Source of the DNA: Hydrolagus colliei
Taxonomy: Eukaryota
Length of the DNA stretch: 64,000 nt
Direction: 5' to 3'
Assembly: GCA_035084275.1 (NCBI GenBank)
Contig: CM068743.1
Span: forward strand, 109,306,001-109,370,000
Shown one piece after another: positions 24,546 through 36,720 of the stretch (position 1 is the first letter of the stretch; each line of letters opens with the position of its first letter). The notes below the pieces were generated by a model. The model saw only the letters and a program-made list of their open reading frames with translations. It was not told where the DNA came from and did no database searches. Position numbers and translations under genes: made by a program.

Positions 24546-24724
24546 ACACTAGGTAAACAGCCATGAGGCCCGTGGGCCAGAAACTACATTTACAGCCGAT
24601 TTGTAGAGGAGGAGGGGCTTTGTGGCGGATCCGGTGGAAAAAGAGCAGTCACACCGCTTTCTTCCATCTCTGCCATATTGGCGGTCTCTGACAATAATCT
24701 CACCCAGTAGCTGCCCAAACCCTG
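24546..24724. mobile_element. Possible degraded hAT/Charlie-type MITE
   Basis: The subterminal ggcccgtgggcc and right end gctgcccaaaccctg resemble Charlie-type termini. The left TIR and TSD are not clean. Confidence 0.3.
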
Positions 24725-24734
24725 GTCCAAGCCT

Positions 24735-24905
24735 TTAATAATAATCCTTGCATTTGATTTAGCGTTTTTCACATCTTATCGATGTCTCAAAGCACTTCAT
24801 AGAACATACTGTAAAGTGAATTGACTACCGGTATATATTTGTGGGCAAAAAGCGGCAGCCAATTGTGCACAGCAGTGTCCCACAAACAGTCGTGGATTGA
24901 AATAT
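24735..24905 (-). mobile_element. Young SINE, 3' half
   Basis: taataataatccttgcatttg...cccacaaacagtcgtggattga. Confidence 0.85.
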
Positions 24906-25029
24906 TATTTTATTTGAAAGTGATATTATTTACTACATTTCTTGTTACAGTTCATTTGAATTAGTTGTACTCAACAGGATTTCCTCTAAATCAGACACAG
25001 GTTGGCAAGAGCTCTGAGAATGCATACTG

Positions 25030-25613
25030 GAGTGACAACTGGCATTGAACTCCTCCATATCTCGCTTACCTTTGTAATTCCATACCTTTGTCACTTCTCA
25101 GCTGGTTTTACTCCAACACCCTCCTCGCTGATCTCCCCTCCTCCACAAAATTCAGCTCATGCAAGACTCCGCTGCCCACATTATCACCCGCAACCAACTG
25201 CACTGGCTCCCTGTCACACAGCAGATTAACTCCAAGATCCTCACTCTTGTGTTTAAATCCCTCCATTCCTCAGCAGCCCCCTACCTCTCTGATCCCCTCT
25301 CTCCACACAGCAGTAACCGTTCCCTCCACTCTACTGGGTTCGACCTTCTCCTTGTTCCTCGAATCCTCCCCTTTACCATCGGTGATCAAGCTTTCAGCCA
25401 CTACACCCCGATACTTTAGAACTCCCTCTCTCGAACCCTTTGCCTCACCCCTATCTTTCCCATCTGCAGGTCACGCCTAAAGACTTTTATCTTCAACCAT
25501 GCTTCGAACCCCTCCCAATGACTCAGCCTCGGGCTCTGCCATTGTGAATTGCTCTGAGATGCCGCCTGGCATGGAGGGCGCTGTTTAAATGCAAGTTGTA
25601 ATTGTTGTTGTTG
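25030..25613 (+). mobile_element. L2 LINE 3' fragment (second tail type)
   Basis: LHWLPVTQQINSKILTLVFKS plus tail ctctgagatgccgcctggcatggagggcgctgtttaaatgcaagttg...ttgttgttg. Confidence 0.8.
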
Positions 25614-27344
25614 CTCTTTTTAGGCAGGAACAACATCAGAAGAAACATTGCGGAGAAGAACAAAAGGCTAAAATATTTTAGACCATCCATTCTTTATAGC
25701 TTTCCCAATAGGTCACATTTGCCTGTTTAATTCTGTTGTGCTAACATTCATTTAAATGAAACTGCATTTTCACAAAGCCTTGTAAAACGTATGCTTTTAA
25801 ACCCATATATAAAAAAGCATGGGATTGTTTTATTCATAAGCAGCCACCACTCAGGTATGCTATTTGTTTGAATAGCTACATTTGTTTTGCCTTAAATTTA
25901 CAAAACCTTGTGTCAGATCCCAAGAGGTGACCTACTGCGTAATTACTCGGGCAATGTAGCTTTGCGCTTTTATTTACTGTTTCCCTTATATGATAACATG
26001 CATGAGATGCAAATGCAAATTTCTCCAACACAAATAATATCAAAAGCATTCTTGCCACAGGGTAGTATTTAATAGGTTCTGACTAAAAATAGCTAATCCG
26101 GCATCCGCTAGATAGGTGCGGAATGTAGGATTGTTCTTAATGCAAGTGATGCTATGGATTTTAATAGGCCTGAAGGTTCATTGTACCAGAGCAGCAAATA
26201 TTATATTGTATCACTTTGATGTTTTGTAAAGCTGCCGTCTTCAACAGTTACTCCCTTTTTAAATGTTATTAGGCAATCGCACTATGTTTTGACCAATAAT
26301 CAATATATAACATACCATATATTTAGAGATGAGGATATGTATGTAGCATACACAACACTTGTAGATTAGCTATAGTTCCTCCCTCCTCCCATCTTGTGTG
26401 CCCTTTCTTCCTCTCCAATTATAAACTAGCACTAGATTTTCATCAGCCATCTCCATGTCTCCAAATGGCTTTTCAGTGTCAGGCCTGTCAGGAAATTAAC
26501 TCATCACAGTGTGACAGCTGCTAATTTTTTCCCCTTAGATGTCAGATGGATTGCTTACTGAAGCTAATAATGAATCACCAATCTTGGATTAGAAGCTACT
26601 TCTGAAAAGCAGAACTGCCATGTGAGCTTGCTCTTTTTATATATAAAAAATATTTAAAATGATATCATCACTGAAGATCTTAGAAAGGATTGTGCTCTCT
26701 TCAACAAGATGAAATAAGGATAGGCTGTTTGAGTGAGCTGTGTTTTATCTTAAATTACAGGCTAATGTTACAGTAAAAAGTATGGGGAAACTTGCAGTTG
26801 CAATACTTTTCCAGTCCCCAAGCCCCTGCCTCCTATCAATGACTGAAACCACAGAAATAAGCTTCTCATTGTTTCTCCAGGCGAGCACAACACACCTTGC
26901 AAGTAACCTTTGTTCTCAGTACTCTTCATCTCCCTTTGGCTCATTGTGCATACAATAGGACGTGCTGATTTGACACTGTAAGCTACAATGGTCCTATGAA
27001 AGATTAAATGCCAGCTCAGACATATTTATCATACATAAATCAGAAATGGTAAATTGCTGCGTGTCAGTGTCAGCACCCGGCAATACCAAGGAAAGGTTAA
27101 GGAATCAGGTTTGAGGGTCCAACTTTCTGTCATAATTGCAGAATGAGTCAAAAGAATTTCTGGCAAAGCTGAAACTAAGTAAAACGAAAAACTGATATAG
27201 TTTGCAGAATTTGTAGAATAGCCATTATTAAAGGTTTTATCGTAGTTCTGTGTTAACCCTTCTGGTCATGGATCCATTATGCAAACCTATGTTATACCAT
27301 ATCAGGTATAACATATGAAATTTTATATTGTATATTATATCAAA

Positions 27345-27690
27345 GGGGAGACAAGGTTTTTTTTAGGAGAATGCACTGACTGAAAGGATGGTGGAAGCAG
27401 ATTCGATAGTAGCTTTCATGGAATAGATACAGTACTGGAAAAGAAAAAAAAATTGCATGTGCGATGGGGTAAGAACGGTGGAGTGGGATTAGTTGGATAT
27501 AATAATCCTTGCACTTGTTGTAGCACTTTTACTAGGCATTACTAGCACGTCTACTAGGCATCTCAAAGTGCTTCGCAGAATATGCTGTAAAGTGAATTGA
27601 CTATATATTTGTGGGATAGCTCTTTCAAAGAGCTCGCACAGGTACAATGGGTTGAATGGTCTTCTTCTGTGCTGTGAGATTCTCTTGATT
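27345..27690 (+). mobile_element. CR1 3' end with a nested minus-strand SINE tail (about 27498-27616)
   Basis: The CR1 3'UTR gagtgggattagttggata...gatagctctttcaaagagc is split by ataataatccttgcacttg...gactatatttgtgg. Confidence 0.8.
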
Positions 27691-28999
27691 TTATTCCTTT
27701 GGTGTGGGTTATACAAATAAACCCATGTAGCTGGGACTTGAGACTGAGTGATATCAGGGTTAGAAGTGGGAGGCAGAATTAAACAAGTATTATTCAGTAG
27801 AAGTTATGTACATATGTGTGCTATACTGACATTATTTTACCTGAAAATTGCTTGTTGCATAGGATCACTGGTATTAAACATCTCCTACTTTGTTGCTACG
27901 AGCTGCATTAATTACCTTTCAAAGGTCACATGTGTAAAAGTGAGAGATTGGAGTTGAAATGAAGGGAAACGAAGCAGGGTTTGTAACAAGCCTTTGGTAC
28001 TAGAATGTTCAGAATTTTGCATTGGTATATGATAATAAGGAGAGGTAGCGCAGTGGAGGGAATGCAGCGCAAATTTGAGGGATGCAGGGTGGCAAATAGG
28101 GAAAAGAAAGGATATGTGCATGTGTGATGGGGGCTAAGAAAGTCCAGTCTACTGACCTGTTTATTTCTACTGAATATTAATGATAAGTACCAAAATGTCA
28201 TGATCAGTTCTGTTGAAACACATCTACACCTCCATATTCTTCTGTAGAAGGGACTTGTACAGTTTCAGTCAAATCATTAACCTGGAAGCAGGGTGAAACA
28301 AGCAAATTGTGATCCTCAACACATGATATGTAAATTTTGCACAGAATATTATCTCGATGTCAATGTTGCAATGACTTTACCATCACTGTGTAACACACAG
28401 CACCATGTCACTCATAAGCATGGTAATGCTGAACTCTGCTGCAGCACAAGAACAGGGATAATTCAATGATATTGCATGACATTATAACCTTCAACTGGGA
28501 GTGCTTTCAGAGTAACAGTGATATATAGATAGTGGGTAAGCATCTTTATACAAAAAAATGGATTAATTCACATTTACTTTATATCTGTTAACAAATCTAG
28601 AAATTAAACAGATCCATTTTGTCCTGTAGAAAATGAGACATATAATTATGAGCCATGAGCATTTTTCTACACTATCGAGCTGTTCTTTGCCACTTGAATT
28701 CAATAGACTACCTGCCTCATGTGTATAGTCGTTGTCCTGTGATATGAATGATACAATCGGCGTTAGTGGTCATTTTACACCTTCTCTGAGTGAACATTTC
28801 CCACATAATTCAGATTGTTTTCCTTACTCACTGGTTGCAATAATTTTTTGGTGCGCATCAAAAGTATTGAACTTTTTAAGAAAATGCCAATTTCCTCTCT
28901 TCTGCCTCCATTCCTGAATATATTTAACTCCTTCAATTTCCTGCGGGTATCGTACCATACATTGCCTTCCAGTAGAGCTTGCCCAAATGATCATACATT

Positions 29000-29230
29000 T
29001 TTCACAGAGTCAAGCCAAGAACTCACCTCACATCCATACAAAGGTGTATCCAGCAATGAATGGTCTCCAGATAGCGGCTACCATGTGAAAGTTTTGGTTA
29101 AGTTTTTACCCTCCCCAAACCGATGAGACTGAGGCTAATTGTAGTACCCTTTCTTCAGTTGCTGCTGAGATGACCTAACTCAATCCAGATCAAGGACTGA
29201 ATCTAGTATCTCTCTGGTCCACATGGCCTA
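29000..29230 (-). mobile_element. Ancient SINE, AmnSINE2-like
   Basis: The minus strand reads ...TTGAGTTAGGTCATCTCAGC...GGGTACTACAATTAGCCTCAGT...GGGGAGGG. A related copy is at about 58670-58830. The family name is from recall of the consensus. Confidence 0.45.
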
Positions 29231-29823
29231 GGTAATCGACTGAAACAGGTTCCAGGAAAGGTAGTAAAGAGCCAGGACAATGGACTCATTTAAAAAGCAG
29301 CTTGATGCGGTGGTAGAGGGGCGTGATAAAGTGGATGTTCTGGATGGGCAGAAGGGCCTTCTTCCTCCAGACCAATCTTGTGACTTTGTGAGTTCCTTAC
29401 TGGACAAACTCGATGAGATTTCAGAGGAGCTCACTGAGAACACATCTTTAATGATGAAATGGCTACATGACAAAACTGATGCCAGTTTAATTGAGCCAGT
29501 TAAAATAGTTTAAATAATATTTGTATGCTTTTGACAGATTTTGCAGCATATTGGCAGTTTCTGCATGTGTAAAACACATCATGTAATTATATTGTTATTC
29601 ACTAATTGTACATTAAAATAGAGATTAGTTTTATAATTGCTAAACATATGAATTACTTACACTACTGGGTTCTAGCCAAATGCTTTTCTTTCTCCTCAGT
29701 TTGTGATATATAAAAAGTTAAGACAGTCCCCCCACTACCACTCCCCCAAATTACTTTTAGGCTTATAAATGTGCATGTAAACTATAAATTATACAGTTGT
29801 CTTTTTTTGTCAAACCATAACAA

Positions 29824-29829
29824 TTTATT
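29824..29829 (-). promoter_or_regulatory. Candidate polyadenylation signal (AATAAA) of ZNF407
   Basis: tttatt on the plus strand, about 1.18 kb past the stop, at the end of a repeat-free stretch. A second AATAAA is at 30813-30818. Confidence 0.5.
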
Positions 29830-31002
29830 GTAACTAGTCCTGCTGTTGGTTAACAAAAAAAGCAGAGAAAAGATACTTTATCTTGTGACGTTCCCGATTG
29901 TCGTATATAAAAATCAAACACTGTCGCCTTTCATTTGTCACACAGTTAAACAGACCATCTGAGCTGAATGAAACTTCTCTTCCTTTTAATCTTAGATAAT
30001 ATTGGCTTCCAATTTGCATCAATATCAGTAATACCTGCCAAAACAAACAAACGAAACCACAGAGCATCGAGTGCATGGGTACATTTTGGAGAAATCAACA
30101 TTGAAATTGCAGAGAAGAAATAGCTAAGTGCATCTCAACATTTATGGTGGCTGCCTTTGCTGTACTTTTCTAAAGTATTTATCCTTGAATTTACTTTCAT
30201 CAAAAAAAGTCAAGTTAAATGCACAAAATAGAATGTTTTGCTCTCCCACCTCTCAGTGCCCCCCCCCCCCCCCCCCACCCCCCCCCCACACACACACACT
30301 TCCTCTAAGCTGGTTTATCTGTCTAGGTTTCTCTGCACGTCTTTCTGCCAATGTCGGGTGTAAGAAAAACAATTAAGAAATCTTTGATGGTTGACACATG
30401 TGCATAACTCTAATCTTTCAAACTTTATGGAAGTCTGTTTGCATACAATTCAGACATAAATCCTCAGTCCTCAGTGGCTCCAAATAGAAATAACTTGGGA
30501 GCATAAACAGATGCATCACGCAGTTAAAATGACTAGGCTGCCATTTCCCTCTCTCCCCCTCATTTTGTGTGTGTTTTTCCTCTCCTGTTCGGGTCCACAG
30601 AGATTGCGCTGTTGTTTTCTGGTGCCTTACATGTCAAGGTGCCGTACCTAGTTGGCATACCGGAAATCAGCAAAGCTATGGAAAGAACTATCCTGCCCGC
30701 CGATACATTGCTCTACTGTTCCTTCTTCAAACCTATTTTTATAAACAGATGCATACACTTAACTGCAAAGCGCTGGGATTTGGGGCAATAGCTTTTTAAA
30801 AAATTATATTGCTTTATTGACAACATTCTTTTCAGATACCCTCATCTTATCAGACAGTACACCCGAATATTTCTCTATAGTGAACACAATTCTAATGAGC
30901 AGGCATGGTGTCCATTCTGCCACACAAAGCAAGTTATGACTATCATCGTACATTTGATGAAACGCCATCTTTGACCCATCTCTTTACCCGACTATTGGTA
31001 GG
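29824..31002 (-). other. ZNF407: Putative 3'UTR of ZNF407
   Basis: Transposon-free sequence between the stop codon and the AATAAA. Confidence 0.5.
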
Positions 31003-32360
31003 TCATACTTCTTGGGATCCAGCAACTTCAATTTCTTCTTGAGTTGATACCTCGGTCACTATCATTTCTGACCTGCCCTCAATGTAGCACCCAGTCAATC
31101 CAATAGTTGTTAGCGGATGACTAACAGATGATAGTACCTCACCAGACTCATTAACCAGCTCCATCACACCATGTGGGTAAACTTCGGTCACAGTATTAGG
31201 CTGGTCAGTGTGCACCACACTGTGCGGTAATTCTGTTACAATAACATGAGTTGTTTCTTCAGTCATATTACTAGATGCCTCTTGTGCCATGGCTTGGGCT
31301 AATTCCTCTGTGACAATAATTTCTGATATTTCCCCATCAGAGTTCAACAAGTTCACAGGATGGCCGTGAGTGGTTATGGCTTGTGTTCCATTTTCTTGCA
31401 TTATGATCTGGGAGGCTCCCTCCACCATATGTGCAGTCCCTTCTTCAGTGACTATTACCTGAGTGATGCCGTCTTTCACAATATGTCTTGTGGTCACATC
31501 GCACATAGTGAACTGCAGCACCTCTTGAACCATGTTAGAGAAGGCAACCTGAGCTTCTTCCTGTGTTGTGACTGACCCCACTTGCTCCATGTCTGACATC
31601 ATCTCCATTGCTTGTTCAGTACCCTGGTCAGCTTGTACTTTATGGAACATCTGTGCTGCTCTGGACACAGACACATTTGGAACTGAAGCGATCTCCTCGC
31701 TAGCAATGTTGACTGAAAAATCCCCCTCGTGGCTTGTTTCAGTACTTTCCTGCTTTGTTGCTTGCGTTTCAACAGCACCTAGCTCTGTGACAGCACAGAG
31801 GAGTGCATCTAGCGCAGTAGGTGTGTCTGCTATGTGGATTCTGGACTCCTCCTGGTGAATTACATGCTGCACCAAGTTACTGCTGGAATTGGTGATTGCC
31901 TCCATGGCAGCGGATGTTTCGATAACATTGCTTTCTTCTATTGGAAGGGCAACGACCACTTGGGTGGTGCCAGGCGGCAACCTTCTGGTAAGAATCCGCC
32001 CAGGCATCATGCCGGTTACATGGGCTGTGCTCTGCGTTGTGGCTATAACATGACCATCTTCAGTGATATGCAACACCTCGGCCATTTGAGCTACTTGACC
32101 TGCTATGGCCAGGGTCTGAAGAGTTGCTGCTGCAGTTGCCTCAACAGAAATGCCATCATCATACCCATCTTGATACCCTTGAATAATAATTACTTGACCA
32201 ATGGATTCGGTCGATTCTTCCTGATCCCCGCAGTCTTCCACATCATCACTTTTGGCTTCGGGAGAATCTTCACCTTGAGGCGTAATGAATGGAACACTCG
32301 TTTTCACAAACTGTGCTCCTTGGCCTTTAAGCCGACATTCATATGCTTTGGAAACTATTC
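31003..32360 (-). CDS. ZNF407: Zinc finger protein 407, terminal coding exon (acidic C-terminal region)
   Basis: Acceptor ctttgttttcttaatttcag (AG at 32362-32361) followed by phase-1 (G)IVSKAYECRLKGQGAQFV. The open frame runs to TGA at 31005-31003. Motifs I recognise from vertebrate ZNF407: TAAATLQTLA.AGQVA, HITEDG.VIAT, ALDALLCAVTELG, AQVAF..MVQ.VLQF..CD, DGEIS.IIVTEEL.QAM.QE. Confidence 0.93.
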
Positions 32361-32539
32361 CTGAAATTAAGAAAACAAAGAATATCAGGCCTGTTTGTCA
32401 GATTTTTCCAATACCCTCTACAAAGAAAAAAATATATTTCAGCCACCACAAATAATAAAAATAGAAATTCATCCCAAAAGCATAAACTATTTGACATATA
32501 CATTAGTTCAATTGTCTCAGAAATGACACATGATTGCTT

Positions 32540-32870
32540 AGCAATGTGCCACATGTGGAGTTTGAAGACCTGTTCTTTTATGATTATTTACACAGAGGAG
32601 AAGTCAGCAGATGTGGAGCAAGAAGGGGTGAAATGGAAGTTAATGTTGTCCAAGATGATGAGGCGTTCAGAACATCCGCATTGGGAAGACAGGAAGGTGG
32701 AATATGTCAGAGAGGAAAGTGGAGGAGGGTTTTGGGGAATGATAGATACAGAGGATTTTTAAAGAGAGATTGGCAAGATGGTAGAGAGTGAATTGCTCAA
32801 ATGAGGAGAAGGATCCAGAGGAGTAAAATGATACACACAGTGAAGACCTGGAGATGAAGGCCACATCATT
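32540..32870 (-). mobile_element. Old L2 endonuclease-domain fragment
   Basis: The minus translation SFSSFEQFTLY...LKILCIYHSPK...FLSDI and RLIILDNINFH resembles L2 APE motifs (SFE, YRPP, ILGDFN.H). Confidence 0.6.
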
Positions 32871-32919
32871 TTTATCTCTAGTTTTTTATTTTTTGTACAG
32901 TTAGTTTTATCCTACCGAT

Positions 32920-33230
32920 TACAACTCGCATTTATATAGTGACCTTCATGCGAGGTAGTGTCCCGGAAAGCTTGACAGTCTGAAGCCGAGCCCAGGGGAG
33001 AGGGAGGTCGGAGGTGACCGTAATGATGAAAAGGGAAGGTTTTTAGGTAGGATTTGAAAGTGGGGAGGGAGGAGGTAAGGCAGAAGGATTGAGGGACAAT
33101 TTCAGGGTGCAGTAAGTGAAGTCACGGCCACTGATGGTGGAGCAGAGTAGATGAGGGCTTAAGCAGATCTGATAGGTAGGGAGGCGGAGAGGACATCAAG
33201 GGATTTGAAAATGAGGATCTTGAAATACTG
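32920..33230 (-). mobile_element. L2 3' fragment
   Basis: acaactcgcatttatatagtgaccttcatg tail and PPYLSDLL. Confidence 0.7.
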
Positions 33231-33261
33231 ATGATGTGTTGTTGCAATAGTAATCCAAAGT

Positions 33262-33558
33262 GATAATAATAATAAGAATAATAATCCTTGCATTTGATAT
33301 AGCGGTTTTCACATCTCATAGACGTCTCAAAGCGCTACACAGAATATACAGTAGAGTGAATTGACTATATATTTGTGGGTGAAACGCAGCAACCAATTGC
33401 GCACAGCAGTATCCCACAAACAATCGTGGATTTAAATGACCAATTTAATCATTGTTTTTTTTTGGAGGGATTATTATTGGGCGTGCGGAGTAAGGAAACT
33501 TGCCCAAGGTTTCGCCCTGACCTGCCTGGATGCAAACATAGGTCTCACTCTTGTAAGG
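33262..33558 (-). mobile_element. Young SINE, truncated at the anticodon loop
   Basis: Family body and tail. Homology stops at ggtctcactcttgtaagg. Confidence 0.88.
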
Positions 33559-33807
33559 GATATTGGTGTAAAACTAAAGGAAAACACGCGTGTAAGGGAT
33601 ATTGGTGTTAAACTAAAGGAAAACAAATTCAACTTTGTTTGTGGTGTCCTAGCAATATTTCTCCACGGATTGGAGCTCCAATTCATGTAATAGAAAGATT
33701 TCCTGCATCTTATTTGTGGGAGCCAGGGCCATGTCAAGGTGGATTTGCGTTAATTCATCTTGCAAGCCCTAATTCCAGGGTTTTGCATGCACTAGTGATA
33801 TATCTTC

Positions 33808-34036
33808 GAGTCCTGTAGCTCAATGGTTAGAGCACTCGCCTAACAAGCGAGAGACCTGGGTTCAATTCCAGGAAGGGCAAAACCGTGGGAAAATTTTCTT
33901 ACTCCACACTCCTAATAATTTGGTCATTTCAATCCACGACCGTTTGGGACACTGCTGTGCGCAATTGGCTGCTGCGTTTCACCCACATATGTCCAGTCAA
34001 TTCACTTTACAGTGTATTCTGTGAAGCGCTTTGAAG
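33808..34036 (+). mobile_element. Young SINE
   Basis: gagtcctgtagctcaatggttagagcactcgcctaacaagcgagagacctgggttcaattcc, with A and B boxes. Confidence 0.88.
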
Positions 34037-35419
34037 ATGTTGATTTTTTTCGTTCAACCGTGTTCATGGACAGTGAGGGCTATTTGGGGTTTGCAGACTG
34101 TAGGGTGGGAGGGGGAGAAAGCTTAGCAGGAAGGGTGGAAATGTGCTGGTGTGGAAGGGAACGTTATGGAAGACTGAGAGCTTGGTAACGGTGGAGATGG
34201 GGAGGCCGGCATGGAGGTAACTTGAGTCTGGAGTTGTGAAAGATGAGAGTATGAGTTTTAGCATTATTCGGGGTAAGATACAGCCAGAGGTGGGCCATAG
34301 GGCGAAGAAGCAGAAAAACAGATTTGGTCACAAAACGGACGTGAGGGAATAGAGAAACAAACATCAAGAATATACTGGTTCAGTGAGTTGAACAGAGGCC
34401 AGAGGCTGAGGAAGTTGGAGCCTGAAGGGCAGCTGGTCAAGGAAATCTTGTACGTGTCATTAAGACATTGAATCTACCACTGGCTGGAATTGGGCATAGG
34501 CTGTGTTATTGCAGGAATGCCTCATCTGAGAGTGGAACAAGAGCCTTAAAAACTTCTATTCTCACAAGGTATGTGGCTTTTGCCCTGACTAATTAAATAA
34601 GTGTTGAAACAAGATCTAGTACAGACAAGAGCTATTGCAACTAACTCTGAGATTCAAAACATAATTGTACTCATGAGCGGAATGAACATTAAAGTGCATG
34701 CCCTTCAGGGAAATAAATAAATACATGATTGATGTATGTCTTACCTACTCACATAAATAACAAATGATATCACTATCCATTTTTAATATTCCTCAATTAT
34801 TTTAATTCCTCGACCTCTGTTAGATTGAAGGTATGGTATACACAACTCTAGGTGGCTGAGTAATAGCAATGTGAACTTTGGAATTAAATATAGTAGGAGA
34901 ATCAAACAACAACAGAAATTGAGTTATTATTTTCCCTCTACCCACTGCACACCTTTGAATTTTCTCCGTTCCTATACCTCTCATCTACTCTATCTCTCCT
35001 TCTTTCATTTGTTTTTTGTAAAGTGTCTTCAGCATTCTTCAAATTTGGTTCTCACTCATACCATGCACAGCTGTAACTTCATCTATGACTGACATGCTGG
35101 TTCCCACTCATCTACTCCACTTTCCTCTCAAATAAAAAAGCTATACAATACAAATTCACATTTGTATACCACCTTTCATGTTTGGAGGATGTCCCAAAGT
35201 GTTTAATAATATTGACCAGGCACCCACTGTTCTCTTTTAGTTATGTGATAACCTGTTCAAGTTCAAATCCCCAGCTCTGGTCCAAATTCCTGATTGTCCA
35301 ATGTTTTGGGATATCCTCCTACCTAGAAAGGCGCTGTACAAATGTAATTTGTTGTTGTTGATGGATTCTCTATTCTCTTCTCTTAATTAAAGCAAAGATC
35401 GCTTCATAATGACAAAATG

Positions 35420-36720
35420 AACAACAAATTACATTTGTATAGCGCCTTTCACGTCAGGAGAATGTTCCAAGGCACTGGACAGTTAGGGATTTGGACCCGA
35501 GTTGGTGGTTGGGATCAATAGGGGTGGAGGGCAGGGAAGGTAGGGGTAGGATGGTAATCGAAGGCATGGTCGAAGAGGAGGGTCTTTGGACATGCCTTGA
35601 AGTAAACAAGGAATGGAGGAAGAATGTGGCACACAGATCCGATGGGTGGGGGCAGAAAGACTGAAGGCCCAACTGCTAATGGTGGGGCTGGCAAAGCCAG
35701 GGATGTGAAGCAGGCAAGAACCAGCACCGTAAAGGAAGTGGACAGGTTGATATGACATTAGCAGGTCACAGAGATACGAAGGAGCAAGATTATGGAGGGC
35801 CTTAAAGGTGAGGATGAGGATTTTGAACTATCCTCTGAGGATGCGGAGCCAGACGACAGTGGGGGTGATAGAGTCATGAAGCCTGGTGCAGGAGAGAACA
35901 CAAGCTGCAGAGTTCTGATCTGCAGCTTGTGGAGGGAAGAGTAGGGAAGGCTGACAAGCAGGGAGTTGTTGGGCCTAGATGTGAAAGATTTGTGGATGAA
36001 AATTTTGGCGGCTGAGATATGAGGTAGGGGGTGGCAGAGCAGGGCATGGCACAGATGTGAAGTAGAAAGGACGGTAGTTGGTCAAACAAGACGCCAAGGT
36101 TCCTGATTGACTTGTTGAGGTGGAGTGTGCATCCTCGGATGGTGATGCTGCCAGTGCCTGAGGTGTGGAGGTGCTGATGGGAGCCAATCAGGAGGGCCTT
36201 GGTCTTGTTGACGTTCAACTGAAGAAAGTTAGCTCTCATCCAGAACTTGATGTTTGACAGATATTCTGTAAGAACAGCAGTGGTCCTGGAGTGAAGGGTA
36301 GAGGCAGAGAGAGAAACAGAGTTGGGTGTTAACCAATACATGTAGATGTTGACCCCTTGTCTGTATGACGTTACCAATGTACATGTTGAAGATGAGAAGA
36401 CCAAGGACATAACCCTGAGGAACATTGCACGACATGGGCAGAAGGAGAAGCCGTTTGTTGAGACAAAGTGGAGACTATGTGAAAGGTAGGATCTGAACCA
36501 GTCAAAGACAGAACCATGATGGTTGAGGTGAGAGGAGAAGTAGTGGAGGAGGATAGAGGTCAATAGTGTCATGACAGGGTTGATTGCTGAAAAATTGAGA
36601 AAGGAGAGGAGGAAGGGAAAGTAACTGTAGGCATTTAAAAGGTGTGTAAAAGCTAGATGCCAATCACAATTTTGTAAAGTCAGATTGTGGGCAAAAAAGG
36701 CACCTAACATCAGATAGGCG
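35420..36720 (-). mobile_element. Degraded L2 LINE (RT and 3' end)
   Basis: WFRSYLS, NVPQGYVLG, WMRANFLQLNVNKTKALLIGS, IRNLGVLFD, with many frameshifts. Tail aacaacaaattacatttgtatagcgcctttcacg. Confidence 0.88.

Noticed and set aside
31360-32364. Plus-strand ORFs overlapping ZNF407
   Set aside because: Antisense shadows of the real exon.
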